Source: an uncultured delta proteobacterium (GTDB lineage Bacteria; Desulfobacterota; Binatia; UBA9968). From it: a stretch of 64,000 nucleotides of DNA. Where the stretch lies: NCBI GenBank assembly GCA_963804165.1, contig CAWDPO010000006.1, forward strand, positions 192,001 through 256,000, written 5' to 3'. The position numbers were made by a program, and so were the translations under genes. Below, one piece after another: positions 19,113 through 28,982 of the stretch. Positions within the stretch are counted from its first letter, which is position 1; every line of letters starts with the position of its first letter. The notes under the pieces were generated by a model. The model ran no database searches, was not told where the DNA came from, and saw nothing but the letters and a program-made list of their open reading frames with translations.

Positions 19113-20020
19113 ACTTGCCCCCGGAATCGTTGCTTTAATTCTATCCGTCAATTGCGTTCTCAAATCCGCTGGTTCTTTCCAGACGATGTGGTTGTATTGG
19201 CGGGTGTCGAAATGAACCGTTCTTTAAGTCGTCCTGGTGACATGACCAAATCACGGGTCGCCCCAAGCCCATAGCGAAGCCTGCTTCGAAATAAACGCCA
19301 GCGCGTTGCAGCGCTGACATCGGCAACGAGAAATTGGCAGGTCCGAATTTCGGCGATGATTTTATCGCAGATTTTTTCGTTGTGATGCTTCTTGTCTATT
19401 CTTACCGCATCCATTTTGCAGTCTATTTTTACCGCTGATTCAATTCCGTTAGTGAACGCGTCATTCATGGATGGGTCGAACGACATAGCGACAAAACATT
19501 TGCCAGGAATGCCGGAAACCGTCGAAGACTGTATTTTCTCCCATCCTTTTGGCTTCACTGTGTATGACCAATTGCCGACGCGCGTCACATATTCAATTTC
19601 GACCAAATTTTCCAACATCCAAGAAAGTTCCTGCCCCCTCGCGGCGTCGACCAGCGCCGGGTCCGTCTTGTCGTCAAACTTCACGGGGAGACCAGGTTTA
19701 GCACGTGCCGCCATTAATTCGAGAAGCCTTTCCAACCTTCTCGCTACGGGGATGTTCTCATGGGATTGCGCGTAAGCTTTCCAATTGTCATCGTCTAGAA
19801 CCACTTCTTCGCCGCGTTCTGATGATTGGCGCGTGTGCGCCGATAGATATGGCAATAGGTCTTTTGTCTCCGCCGTTATACTGTCAGGGCGCAGGGTAGT
19901 GTCGTAAAAACGTCTCGCAATTCTAAAATTTCCACACCCTGCGCACTCTACCCGTGCGTTAACATCTTGGAATAAGCGAGCCTCTCGATTACAAAGCGGG
20001 CATTCATTTGCGGGAAACAT
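19109..20020 (-). CDS. Zn-ribbon/winged-helix protein with C-terminal nucleoside 2-deoxyribosyltransferase-like (TIR-like) domain (frameshifted; 3' end approximate)
   Basis: CPLC..CAGCG; CFVAMSF, ICDKIIAEIR..FLVAD, GVYFEAGFAMGLGRPVI, HFDTRQYNHI. Confidence 0.75.
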
Positions 20021-20158
20021 TTCTAACAAGACCTCCCGGTATCCGAAATATCGCAATAGGTTTTGGAAGAATTCGAGGACATTTCAGGGACTTTTGTCGT
20101 GCACTTTGGATAGCGACACCAACATGACCGCGTGGGACCGACAAACACAGAAATCTCG

Positions 20159-20848
20159 CTAGCCAAAACGCGACATATAGGTCACAAAGAGCAAAACCAT
20201 GAGAATCATTATCCACACGAGCGTTCTGTGCATCGATTGCAACGCGCCCTTTAGTTCATCCAAGCTAGATGCAACTTGATTAATCTGTGCTCGTGAGGGT
20301 CGCACGCTGTCCTCCGCGTTCCTAGCATCGAGCAAATCGTGAGGGTCACCACCGATTATCGGGACATAGAACTTTATCGATGCAATCGGAAGTTGTGGAG
20401 CGCTTTTGTTGTCCCATATCTTCCCGCTACCATCCGGCTGCCAGTCATAACTCATGCCTGCTACTTTGATTGAAATTCCTGAGGGTAATCGGCCCTGACT
20501 CACTGCGGCAAGCAGAGCATCAAAGCGCCGCCGCGGAATTTGCACATCGAGCGTATAGCTCGCCCTAATATGATACCCTTCGAGTAGTGATTCGCTTTCC
20601 TTGCAGTAGTAGAAAACGCCAATTGGCTTATCGTCATCATCTTTCTCGCCTGTATCCACCAGTCTAAAAATGCCCTCCAGTTTTTCAAAATCTTCTTCGG
20701 TTGACAGTTTCATTGATTCCCGACTCTTTAGTTTCATCTCGCCGACTAAAACGATTTTCTCGTCTTCGCCTTTTTCAACATCCACGAGCAACCGAATTGT
20801 TGTCGGAACCAAATCGAGAATTACTGTGCGGCCAATCACGTCTGTCAT
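20159..20848 (-). CDS. Hypothetical protein with C-terminal TM helix
   Basis: 229 aa ORF, hydrophobic C-terminus. Confidence 0.6.
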   Translation of the reverse strand: MTDVIGRTVILDLVPTTIRLLVDVEKGEDEKIVLVGEMKLKSRESMKLSTEEDFEKLEGIFRLVDTGEKDDDDKPIGVFYYCKESESLLEGYHIRASYTLDVQIPRRRFDALLAAVSQGRLPSGISIKVAGMSYDWQPDGSGKIWDNKSAPQLPIASIKFYVPIIGGDPHDLLDARNAEDSVRPSRAQINQVASSLDELKGALQSMHRTLVWIMILMVLLFVTYMSRFG

Positions 20849-20861
20849 CGTTCGGCTTTCG

Positions 20862-21389
20862 CTACATGTGTGGCGATTGGTATAACTTCTCCAAAATATG
20901 CCTTGCGCCCCTTTCCGCCGCTTCAGTCGGTGAACCCTTTATCAAATCCATGTCCGCTGCCGAAAAATTGAAATTGTCTTGATGAGTAAGAATAAACCAA
21001 CCACGATAAGCGAGAAACAAGGGCGACGTACACCCCGTAAGCTTTTGATACATCACCTCCGCGTCGAAAATTAAATACTCTGTTTGCGTTGGGAAGAAAT
21101 TGAAACTCGCGTCTGCGTCCCTGTCTGCGTGTTTAAAAAAATTTTCTGCGGCATTTAGCGCTTTGCTGACTGCTTTTTGAAATTCTGGCTTAGCGTGTTG
21201 CACCGATAAATCTTTGACAATCATTGCGCCAAGCTTCTTCTTTTTCACGATATCTCGTATCACGTTGTAACTTGCCGCTGCGAGTGTATGAATTGATATC
21301 TCATCGCCTTCGAGGAAATAGAGACGTATGGCTGTCTCTAACTGCCGTTTTGCGGCGTCAAGTTTTGTAATTTCTATGCCCGCTGTCAT
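20862..21389 (-). CDS. Conserved hypothetical protein
   Basis: ITKLDAAKRQLETAIRLYF..IHTLAAA..NFFKHADRD pattern seen in mobile-region hypotheticals. Confidence 0.7.
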   Translation of the reverse strand: MTAGIEITKLDAAKRQLETAIRLYFLEGDEISIHTLAAASYNVIRDIVKKKKLGAMIVKDLSVQHAKPEFQKAVSKALNAAENFFKHADRDADASFNFFPTQTEYLIFDAEVMYQKLTGCTSPLFLAYRGWFILTHQDNFNFSAADMDLIKGSPTEAAERGARHILEKLYQSPHM

Positions 21390-21510
21390 AAGTTATCGGT
21401 CGATGAAGCCGAAGGAACCAAGAAGCGAAAACCGCGATTCCTCATGCTCGTAGTTTTTCTATTCTCAAGCCACCAAAAACCTGTGAGCGGAACTAGGAGA
21501 AGAAGCCCGT

Positions 21511-21888
21511 TCATCGACGATATGGAATATCCTGACCGTCCATGGTCATCTCCTTTGCCGTAAGGGCCGTCTTGTATCGCAGGCGGATAATGGAAACAAC
21601 CGGAGCCGGGGCCGCTCTCTGAGGGGGTCCAAACGATTCGCTCAATTGCATCAAACTGGCGATGAACGGTGGACCTCCATGACCTGGTCTTTTTTTGGAA
21701 TGAACTGCGGCGAGCCGTTTGCAGATCTCGCAGGGCTCGGTAGACCAATGCGCGCTGCCGCCGTTCGTATGCTGGACGACGAAAACATCACGGATATTCC
21801 GTCGCACGAAGGGTTCGCGTTCCTTCAGGAACCGGGTTGCCAGCATGCGGCTGAAATTCTTACCGTGTGACCGGAGGGCCATCGTCAA
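21511..21888 (-). CDS. Hypothetical phage-type protein
   Basis: Start overlaps the upstream stop in a co-directional run; no motif recognised. Confidence 0.35.
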   Translation of the reverse strand: MTMALRSHGKNFSRMLATRFLKEREPFVRRNIRDVFVVQHTNGGSAHWSTEPCEICKRLAAVHSKKRPGHGGPPFIASLMQLSESFGPPQRAAPAPVVSIIRLRYKTALTAKEMTMDGQDIPYRR

Positions 21889-22088
21889 TCCCGCACGATG
21901 CGGCGCGTCCTGGACTTGAACGTCGACGATTTCTTTAGCGACCGCGCCATAGACTCAAGGAACTGCTCGCGCTTCTGCCCACAGTTCACGGCTTCCTCCC
22001 GGTCGCTGAACCACCGCCAACCGTCAGCCGAGTAGACGCGCATGGGCTGACCGTGAACAACTATTTCCCGCTCGCGAAATTTGCTCAT
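21885..22088 (-). CDS. Small hypothetical phage-type protein
   Basis: MSKFREREIVVHGQPMRVYSADG..., ATGA-coupled to upstream ORF. Confidence 0.45.
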   Translation of the reverse strand: MSKFREREIVVHGQPMRVYSADGWRWFSDREEAVNCGQKREQFLESMARSLKKSSTFKSRTRRIVRD

Positions 22089-22422
22089 CGTCGTCTCGAT
22101 TCTGCCGCCGGAACTGCCGCCATCGGGGTGAGGGACGACGACAGCCCGGCAGGCGTTCCGACCAAAAACCATGCGCGGCGAGCGCACGGCGACGACGGCG
22201 CATGGAACGCCGTTGGCCGGAATTCCCCGATTGCGAAAGTGGTCGCAACCGGGAAATCGGGAAAAGTTTTCGCCAGAATCCGCCGCGTAAGTCGGTGAAC
22301 CTTCACGGCGGTCTGGCGTCTCCCCGTGTCCGCACAATTCCACGGAACTCTCGTGGGCGTCGATTTTCTCTGCGGTTGCGAATCGAGACCGCATCGACGC
22401 ACAGACCCGAGGGAAACCGAAT

Positions 22423-23049
22423 TCATTTGTAGTAGCAATAAATCTTGTCGAGCTCGTCGCCGTACTCTCGCGCAGCCAAGATGCACTCCCCGAATGCTTT
22501 GACATCCGAATCCTCGTCGATGCCCCGTTGCTCGGCGAGTTTCTTGCCGCGACAGTAGAAGCGATTCTCGCCGCAGCGCTTGCAGCGCGTATCGTCGGCG
22601 GCGTATTCCCCCCGCTCGACAGCGCCAGCGACCGCCGGAATCAGCAAGGCGAGCAAATCCCAATCGCTGTCCGCGATGAACCCGTCCGTCGCCGCTCGCG
22701 CTAAACTCGGGTTCGCGCTTCGAACGTTAGCGAGGGCTCGCTTGTATTCGTCGACCGGAAACGCGACGCCGGGGCCGACGTTCTGAAGTTTCCGCCGAGC
22801 GAGACTGTCAAGGACCGAACGGGCGAGCGTTCGAACCTTGTCGAGGTCGGCGAGAAGGCCGGCCATCGCTTGTTGGGCCGGGGACAGCGTCTCGTACGAT
22901 TTCACTACGGCGATGTCGCCGAACGTGTACTGCATCACTAATTCAGGATTCTCCGCGCACGCTCGGCGAAAGGCGGTTCGGTAATCGCCGCCGTAGTTGC
23001 ACGCCTTGGCGTCTAGCTCGCTCTGTGCGTTTTTTTGAATTGTGTTCAC
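22423..23049 (-). CDS. Hypothetical phage-type protein
   Basis: 208 aa ORF in operon downstream of terminase. Confidence 0.55.
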   Translation of the reverse strand: MNTIQKNAQSELDAKACNYGGDYRTAFRRACAENPELVMQYTFGDIAVVKSYETLSPAQQAMAGLLADLDKVRTLARSVLDSLARRKLQNVGPGVAFPVDEYKRALANVRSANPSLARAATDGFIADSDWDLLALLIPAVAGAVERGEYAADDTRCKRCGENRFYCRGKKLAEQRGIDEDSDVKAFGECILAAREYGDELDKIYCYYK

Positions 23050-23075
23050 GTCGTGCTCTTCCCTTCTGTCGGTTT

Positions 23076-23735
23076 TTAACCGACCGCTTCGATAGTCTCC
23101 GTTAGTGCGCCGGTCGTCGTCGATTCGGACCCCGCAACAGCGTCCTTTGCGACAGCGTCCTTTGCGACCGGCATCTGCCGATTGGCGTTCGCGACGATTC
23201 CGGTGAGGAGTTCGTCGTACGGCTGCTTGTAGGCGCGGTCCGCCGAATGCCCGCCGTGGAAAATCGCCGTAATCCGGCGCTCGAGGTGCACCAGGCGGAA
23301 CTGCGCCTGCGCGCCGTGGGTTTCGGTATACGCCTTCATGCGGTTCAATCGCACCGAGTGCAGCGCGGCGCGAGCCGTCAAGGCCAAGACCATCTGCTCG
23401 ATGTCTTTCGCCTCGGCGAGTGCTCCTTCCACGTCGGCGTCGTACTTCGCGCGGTCTTCGAGGGCGTGGGCTCGCTCGCGTTCGGCGAATAAATCCTCGA
23501 TATCGACGCCCGCTTGATTCACGCGGATTTCCAATCGCACGCGGTCGCGGTCGAGTTTGAAAAGCTCCGCGTCTATCCTATCGAGCGTCGGTTCGTCCGC
23601 ACCGTTCCTGACCTTTTCTTCGTAGCCGCCCTTCATCCGCACCAGATTCGTCTCGGTCTCGGCGAGCTGGGTTTTCAAGTCGGCCTGTTTTTTTTTCGCC
23701 TCGTCCAGCTTCTTTTCAACTTCCTGCACTTCCAT
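23076..23735 (-). CDS. Coiled-coil protein
   Basis: 219 aa, E/K/A/L heptad-rich; purine-rich RBS. Confidence 0.7.
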   Translation of the reverse strand: MEVQEVEKKLDEAKKKQADLKTQLAETETNLVRMKGGYEEKVRNGADEPTLDRIDAELFKLDRDRVRLEIRVNQAGVDIEDLFAERERAHALEDRAKYDADVEGALAEAKDIEQMVLALTARAALHSVRLNRMKAYTETHGAQAQFRLVHLERRITAIFHGGHSADRAYKQPYDELLTGIVANANRQMPVAKDAVAKDAVAGSESTTTGALTETIEAVG

Positions 23736-23789
23736 GCTTTTCCCCCTTTGTTGGTTTCGGTTTCGGAAAAATGAATTTCACGACGATTC

Positions 23790-23942
23790 TCATCGGTACA
23801 CGCGCCATGCCTTTCTGCGCCGCATCGGAGGTTTCGGAACTGCTCCACGGTCGCGCTGTCTTGCGAGTGTCTTGTCCGCGCACAGCTGGCAATACCGACT
23901 ACGGGGTGACGCCTTTCTCCCGCAACTCGATGCGCATCTCAT
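23790..23942 (-). CDS. Small Cys-rich protein (50 aa)
   Basis: MRCASSCGRKASPRSRYCQLCADK...; ATG overlaps terminase stop. Confidence 0.4.
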   Translation of the reverse strand: MRCASSCGRKASPRSRYCQLCADKTLARQRDRGAVPKPPMRRRKAWRVYR

Positions 23943-25486
23943 AAATCCCAAAATCCCCGACCGGAGCGAGAGCGGTCGATAAGGACGTGCACGTCATCGG
24001 TCGGCGCGCCTTGGTCGAGCCATCCCACTCCGGCGTTGACCGTTCGTTCGGGCGTGAATTGGTTCATGCGCAAGAATTCCTCGGCATCGAACGAATCGCC
24101 GCCCAAGACACTGGCAAGGCGGGCAACCACCGCCGCGTAGTCGTCGTGCTCGTTGTTGGCATGGTCAATCCGCATCCCGCGCCACAGCAAGCCGAGAAAC
24201 TGATTCTGCAAATCCGCGTTGTCCAGGAGAACGATTTGACCGCTGTTCAACCGGGGTCCGAAGGCCTCGTAAGTCTGATGGGTCGTTAGTTCGGACAACA
24301 CGGCCGAGATGCCGTGCTGCGCGAACGCCGCCTGGAACGTGTTGTGCGCGAATCTATCGACCGTGACGGTGCCGATGCGGTACGGCTTGGCGGTAGCGGC
24401 GAACAAGCCGACCGTTTTCAACGGGTCGAACGGCGTGCCGCATTGCTGGTTGATTATCAAGTCGAGAATGACGCGGTCGTCCTAGTCGAGGTGGCCTACG
24501 GCTAACGTCGCGTCGTCGTTGCTGCCGTCCGACATATCGACGGCTGCGGCATAATCGATGCCGGATACGGGCGGACGGACTTTGATGCCGACGGCGATGC
24601 TGTTGAGGATGCTTTCGGCTGCGAACGCTGCGCCTTGCGGTTGTCCGCCGACGTTCTCGTGCAAACGGCGGAAGAGATGGCCGGGCAAGCGCAACCGCTG
24701 CTGTTCTATGTACTCGTTGAAACCGTTGACGAACGGCAAGGACGGGTTCGCTCGCTCGACCCCGGTCGGCTTGCTGGCGAATTCCGGGTCGGTGCAATAA
24801 TCGGATGCGTACCAGCTGAAATAGAAACGCTTGTCGGTGCCGGCCTTCCCGCGTGCGACATAGTCGAACATCGGGACGCCGGGACGCCGTAATAGCGTGT
24901 CGTAGGATTCGAACCACTGGATGGCGTCGGTTCGATGCGGGTCAAGCGCAAGGCCTTCGAGCAAGGCGTAGTCGCGCTGGGTCTGGAGTTCGTTGACGTG
25001 CAAGAACAGATAAGACTTGCCGTGCTGCCCGAAGATGTCGCGACCGGAGAGGATGCGCAAATCGCCGTTGCCGTCCTTGCGGTAGACGCCGTCGGTCTTG
25101 ATGCTGAGCCGTTTCGAGAGTTCGGGATTCTTGCGGATGAATTTCTTGAGCAAGTCGAGAGCTTCGTTCGCCTGCTCAACGTCGAACGAAACGACGCGGC
25201 AGTCGTTGCCGGTCGTCGTGCGCCACGCCATCAAGCGGTGCAGCCCGGCAAATAAACCGTCGAACGTCTTCCAGCACTTCTTGCCGCGACCGGTGAGCAC
25301 GTTGTTGTACTGCGGGCGGTCTTGCTCGTCGTCCCACGTGTCGATTGCTGCGCTCAAAGTGCGCTGCCGGTAGGGCTCTATCGTTTCGAGCAACGGACGG
25401 CCGTCGAGCCAGTAGAGCGAACGGGCGAACGTCAGGACGGGAATCTGACGCGGCTTGCGGGCGGTGCTATTTGCGGTTGTGGTCAT
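23939..25486 (-). CDS. terL: Terminase large subunit (frameshift near 24482)
   Basis: Variant Walker A GRGKKCWKT, Walker B-like LHVNE, nuclease AAVDMSDGSNDDAT, TVDRF, DH..NEHDD. Confidence 0.8.
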
Positions 25487-25776
25487 TTGCCGTCTGAGAT
25501 GTTCGCTTCGGTCGCCTGCTCGCGCTCCCACGGCGCAAGGTCTATCGTTCGCGCCTGCCGTTCGAGTCCGAGGCGCATCAAGTTGGCGACGATGCGTGTC
25601 TGAATCGGAGCGATGTAGGCGTCAATTTTTGAGAGTGCCGCGATGTTTTTACGGACACTCGGCTTGGTTTCCAAAATCTCGTCGCGGCATTCGTACAGGT
25701 CGTTCAGGGTTTGCTTGTCGCGCTTGAGGTGGTCGATGATTTCCAACTTCTGCGCGGTCAAGACTTCCTTGCCGGG
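25483..25776 (-). CDS. Putative terminase small subunit-like protein, 5'-truncated at the element boundary
   Basis: GKEVLTAQKLEIID...RLGLERQAR; stop overlaps terL start; frame is open only up to the right repeat. Confidence 0.5.
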   Translation of the reverse strand, partial: PGKEVLTAQKLEIIDHLKRDKQTLNDLYECRDEILETKPSVRKNIAALSKIDAYIAPIQTRIVANLMRLGLERQARTIDLAPWEREQATEANISDGK

Positions 25777-25861
25777 CTAGAAGAGAACGTAATGAAGACG
25801 GGGGCTAGCCTATAGCCTGACATTACCGTCACAGCCCTGCGACGGTCGTTGAAATAAAAAA

Positions 25862-25887
25862 AGGGGCGACCAGCCGGTCGCCCCTAC
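25862..25887. repeat. GTAG-type REP palindrome / terminator
   Basis: AGGGGCGACCAGCCGGTCGCCCCTAC preceded by an A-tract, downstream of htpX. Confidence 0.8.
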
Positions 25888-25918
25888 AAGAATAATCGTG
25901 TTAATGCTTCGGGACCTC

Positions 25919-26797
25919 TTACGTGCGCATGTAGCTCAGATCTTTTGCCATCGCTTCGAGCCGGGCAATGCGCTCTTCCATCGGCGGATGAGTGCTGAAT
26001 AGCTTAGCCAAGCCGCCGACCGTCAGCGGATTAACGATAAACATATGTGCCGTCGAGTTGGCAGTCGCATCGCTTACCTGGAGCGGGATATTCTGCGCGC
26101 CCATTTCCAGCTTGCGCAGCGCGCTTGCCAGCGCCAGCGGATCGCCGCTGACCTTGGCGCCGCCTTCGTCAGCCATATATTCGCGCGAGCGCGACACGGC
26201 CATTTGAATCAACATTGCCGCCATCGGCGCCACGATCATCATGAACAGCAAGCTGAAAATATTGCTGCCGCCTTCTTCGCGGTCGCGGCTGCCGCCGCCG
26301 AAGATCGCGGCCCACTGCGCCATATACGCTAGGTAGCTGATCGCGCCTGCGAGCGTCGCCGCGATGCTACTGATGAGAATATCGCGGTGTTTGACGTGGC
26401 TAAGCTCGTGGCCCAAAACACCGGAGAGCTCGCGTTTGTTGAGAATGCGCCGGATACCTTGAGTGACGGCCACGGCCGCATGTTCGGGATTGCGCCCTGT
26501 CGCGAACGCGTTCGGGGTTTCCTCCGGAATGATGTAAACCTTCGGCATCGGCAAACCCGCTCTGACGGTGAGATCGCGAACGATGCCATAGAGCTCCGGA
26601 TCGTCGTTTGCGGTAATTTCTTGCGCGCCGTACATCTTGAGAACAATCTTGTCGCTGAACCAGTAACTGAAAAAGTTCATGGCGCCGGCCATGATTAGAG
26701 CGAGAACGGCTCCGTTCGGACCGCCGACCATGTGGCCGATCCAGACGACGAGCGCCGTTAACGCTGCCAGGAGAATCGTGGTTCGAAAGCCGTTCAT
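25919..26797 (-). CDS. htpX: Zinc metalloprotease HtpX
   Basis: [27 protein letters not shown]. Confidence 0.95.
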   Translation of the reverse strand: MNGFRTTILLAALTALVVWIGHMVGGPNGAVLALIMAGAMNFFSYWFSDKIVLKMYGAQEITANDDPELYGIVRDLTVRAGLPMPKVYIIPEETPNAFATGRNPEHAAVAVTQGIRRILNKRELSGVLGHELSHVKHRDILISSIAATLAGAISYLAYMAQWAAIFGGGSRDREEGGSNIFSLLFMMIVAPMAAMLIQMAVSRSREYMADEGGAKVSGDPLALASALRKLEMGAQNIPLQVSDATANSTAHMFIVNPLTVGGLAKLFSTHPPMEERIARLEAMAKDLSYMRT

Positions 26798-26956
26798 AGG
26801 TTTTCCTCCATTTTAGCTGATCCTAGTTACCCTAGAAGTTTAAGTCAAGCTCGATTCGGGTCTATAGTAAATGTGCGTACGCCCGGGACAAAAATCAAGG
26901 GCCGCGCTAGGCAGCTGAAAATACAGGGAATCCCCCTCGGTTGAAAGGAGACTATC

Positions 26957-27829
26957 ATGCGGATCGGCGTCGTTTTCCCGCAAACTGAAATAGGCAGTGA
27001 CCCATCTGCCGTCAAAGATTATGCCCAGGCAGCCGAGGAACTCGGTTTTAGCCATATTTTGGCCTACGATCACGTGATCGGCGCCAATCCCGCAAGCCGT
27101 CCGGGCTGGCGCGCACCGTACAGTCATTTAGACATGTTTCACGAACCCTTGGTTCTTTTTGCCTATCTCGCCGGGCTGACAAAGCAGATTGAATTCGTCA
27201 CGGGCATCATTATCTTACCCCAACGACAGACTGTTCTCGTCGCGAAACAGGCGGCGGCGCTGGATGTCCTGAGCGGAGGCCGCCTGCGCCTCGGCATCGG
27301 TATCGGCTGGAATCCCGTGGAATACGAGGCGCTCGGCGAACCCTTCAAAAACCGCGGTAAGCGATCCGAGGAGCAGGTCGAGGTGCTGCGGAAGCTCTGG
27401 ACCCAGGAGCTGGTCACTTTCAACGGCCAGTGGCACAAAATCACCGACGCCGGCATCAACCCGCTGCCCGTGCAGCGACCGATCCCGATCTGGTTTGGCG
27501 GCACCGACGATCGCGTTCTGCGCCGTTTGGCGAGACTCGGCGACGGCTGGTTCCCGCAGATGGCCCCCGACGAAAATGGCCGCGCCGCTATCGAGAAAGT
27601 CCACCGGTACGCCCGGGAGGCTGGCCGTGATCCGAGCCGGATCGGTATCGAGGGTAGGATTGCTTACGGCCAGGGATCGCCCGGCGCGTGGATGAAAGAC
27701 TTGCAAGCTTGGCAAGACCTTGGCGCCTCCCACGTCGGTTTCAACACGATGAAGGCGGGACTCAACTCAGCGACCGCGCATATCGAAGCGATTCGGCGTT
27801 TTAGCGCGGAGACCACCGGGCACGGATGA
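26957..27829 (+). CDS. LLM class F420-dependent oxidoreductase
   Basis: MRIGVVFPQ, YDHV, AKQAAALDVLSGGRLRLGIGIGWN. Confidence 0.9.
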   Translation: MRIGVVFPQTEIGSDPSAVKDYAQAAEELGFSHILAYDHVIGANPASRPGWRAPYSHLDMFHEPLVLFAYLAGLTKQIEFVTGIIILPQRQTVLVAKQAAALDVLSGGRLRLGIGIGWNPVEYEALGEPFKNRGKRSEEQVEVLRKLWTQELVTFNGQWHKITDAGINPLPVQRPIPIWFGGTDDRVLRRLARLGDGWFPQMAPDENGRAAIEKVHRYAREAGRDPSRIGIEGRIAYGQGSPGAWMKDLQAWQDLGASHVGFNTMKAGLNSATAHIEAIRRFSAETTGHG

Positions 27830-27836
27830 GTCGATT

Positions 27837-28936
27837 CTAATGCGCCGCTGCGGTCTGTTCCTTACCGTGTTTATCGAGCCATGCGCGCAGCGCGGCGAAA
27901 GGCTCGCCGCCGTCGCCGACCGCGCGACGCAGGGTTTTTATCGTGCGCACGAGATCGCGCCCGCACGAGTCGTAGAGCGCCTCGAACAAATCGAGATCTT
28001 TCAGATAGACAATGTAATGCATCAGCACTGCGTTATTGAGCGGCCGTTGGCTAAAGGCACGAAAGCGATGGTTCGGACGATCGGCGACGCGGCGCAACCA
28101 TTCGGCTTTACTACGGGTGAAAACGTCGTCGCGTAAACGCAACTTGTCGGCGCGTGGAATATCGCGGCCGTAAAGATCGCCGAGCGTGCGCGCGATTTCG
28201 GCGATGAACCCGCCGAACTCCCGTTCATCATTCCAAGCTTCAGCAGCGTTCCGGTATTCCGCGCTGTCTGCGCCGAAACGCGCGCGGAAAAAATCCATCG
28301 CCGAGCGATGACCGACAAAATTGGCCGAGCTTTCGTTGAACGCGCCGGCGCCCTTAATATAGAGCGTATTATGAAATAGCTCATGAAAAACGATTTCGCT
28401 GAGCACCGTCTTGTTATAGCGGAGCAAATGCGACAACAACGGGTCATCAAACCAGCCGAGCGTGCTGAAAGCCGCAGAAGTGCGCAGATGGGTATCGTAG
28501 CCCTCTGCGCTCAGCCGATCGATTTCGGCTTGCGCTTCTTCCTTGGAAAAATAGCCCTTGTAGGGCACCCGGCCGACGATCAAGAACCACCAGGTGTAGG
28601 GGCGCAACTCGGTCTTGGGCGCCGCCACGACGACGTAGGTCAAATCGGGCCGATCGACATAGGAATAACTCGAATAGCTGCCGCCGACGTTGAATTTCAA
28701 GAACGTCCCGCGCATAATCTCGCACCGCCAAGACCAATTGCAATTTTTCCTGGGTGTCCAGCGTCACGTCTGATTTCTGAACAAAATCGGCAATCGGCTC
28801 GCGCCGCCAGAGAATTTTTCCCTCTTCGTAAGCGGCGCGCAGTACATACAGAGGCGAGCAACCGGAAATAGCGCCAGCCACGAGAAGGCTTGCCAGCAAT
28901 CAACCAGAACAATTGTTTGAGTCCTCTCCGTGTCAC
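27837..28936 (-). CDS. Putative zinc aminopeptidase (DUF2265-like), frameshifted
   Basis: WWFLIVGRVPYKGYF, AFSTLGWFDDP, HELFH, FNES. Confidence 0.85.
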
Positions 28937-28982
28937 CCAACGGACGCGGAAATAGCCGCGTTGAGTTTCATCGCGCGGCAAA

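Larger units (their letters stand above)
16206..25815. mobile_element. Integrated phage-derived element (degenerate prophage or satellite), ~9.6 kb
   Basis: Imperfect direct repeat 16206-16241 vs 25774-25809 encoding alternative esterase C-termini; contains terminase genes, Cro-like HTH and hypotheticals; no integrase recognised. Confidence 0.8.

Noticed and set aside
22085-22663. Overlapping ORFs 22085-22663 and 21885-22505
   Set aside because: Probably one short frameshifted gene lies at about 22085-22426, but its frame and product cannot be supported.
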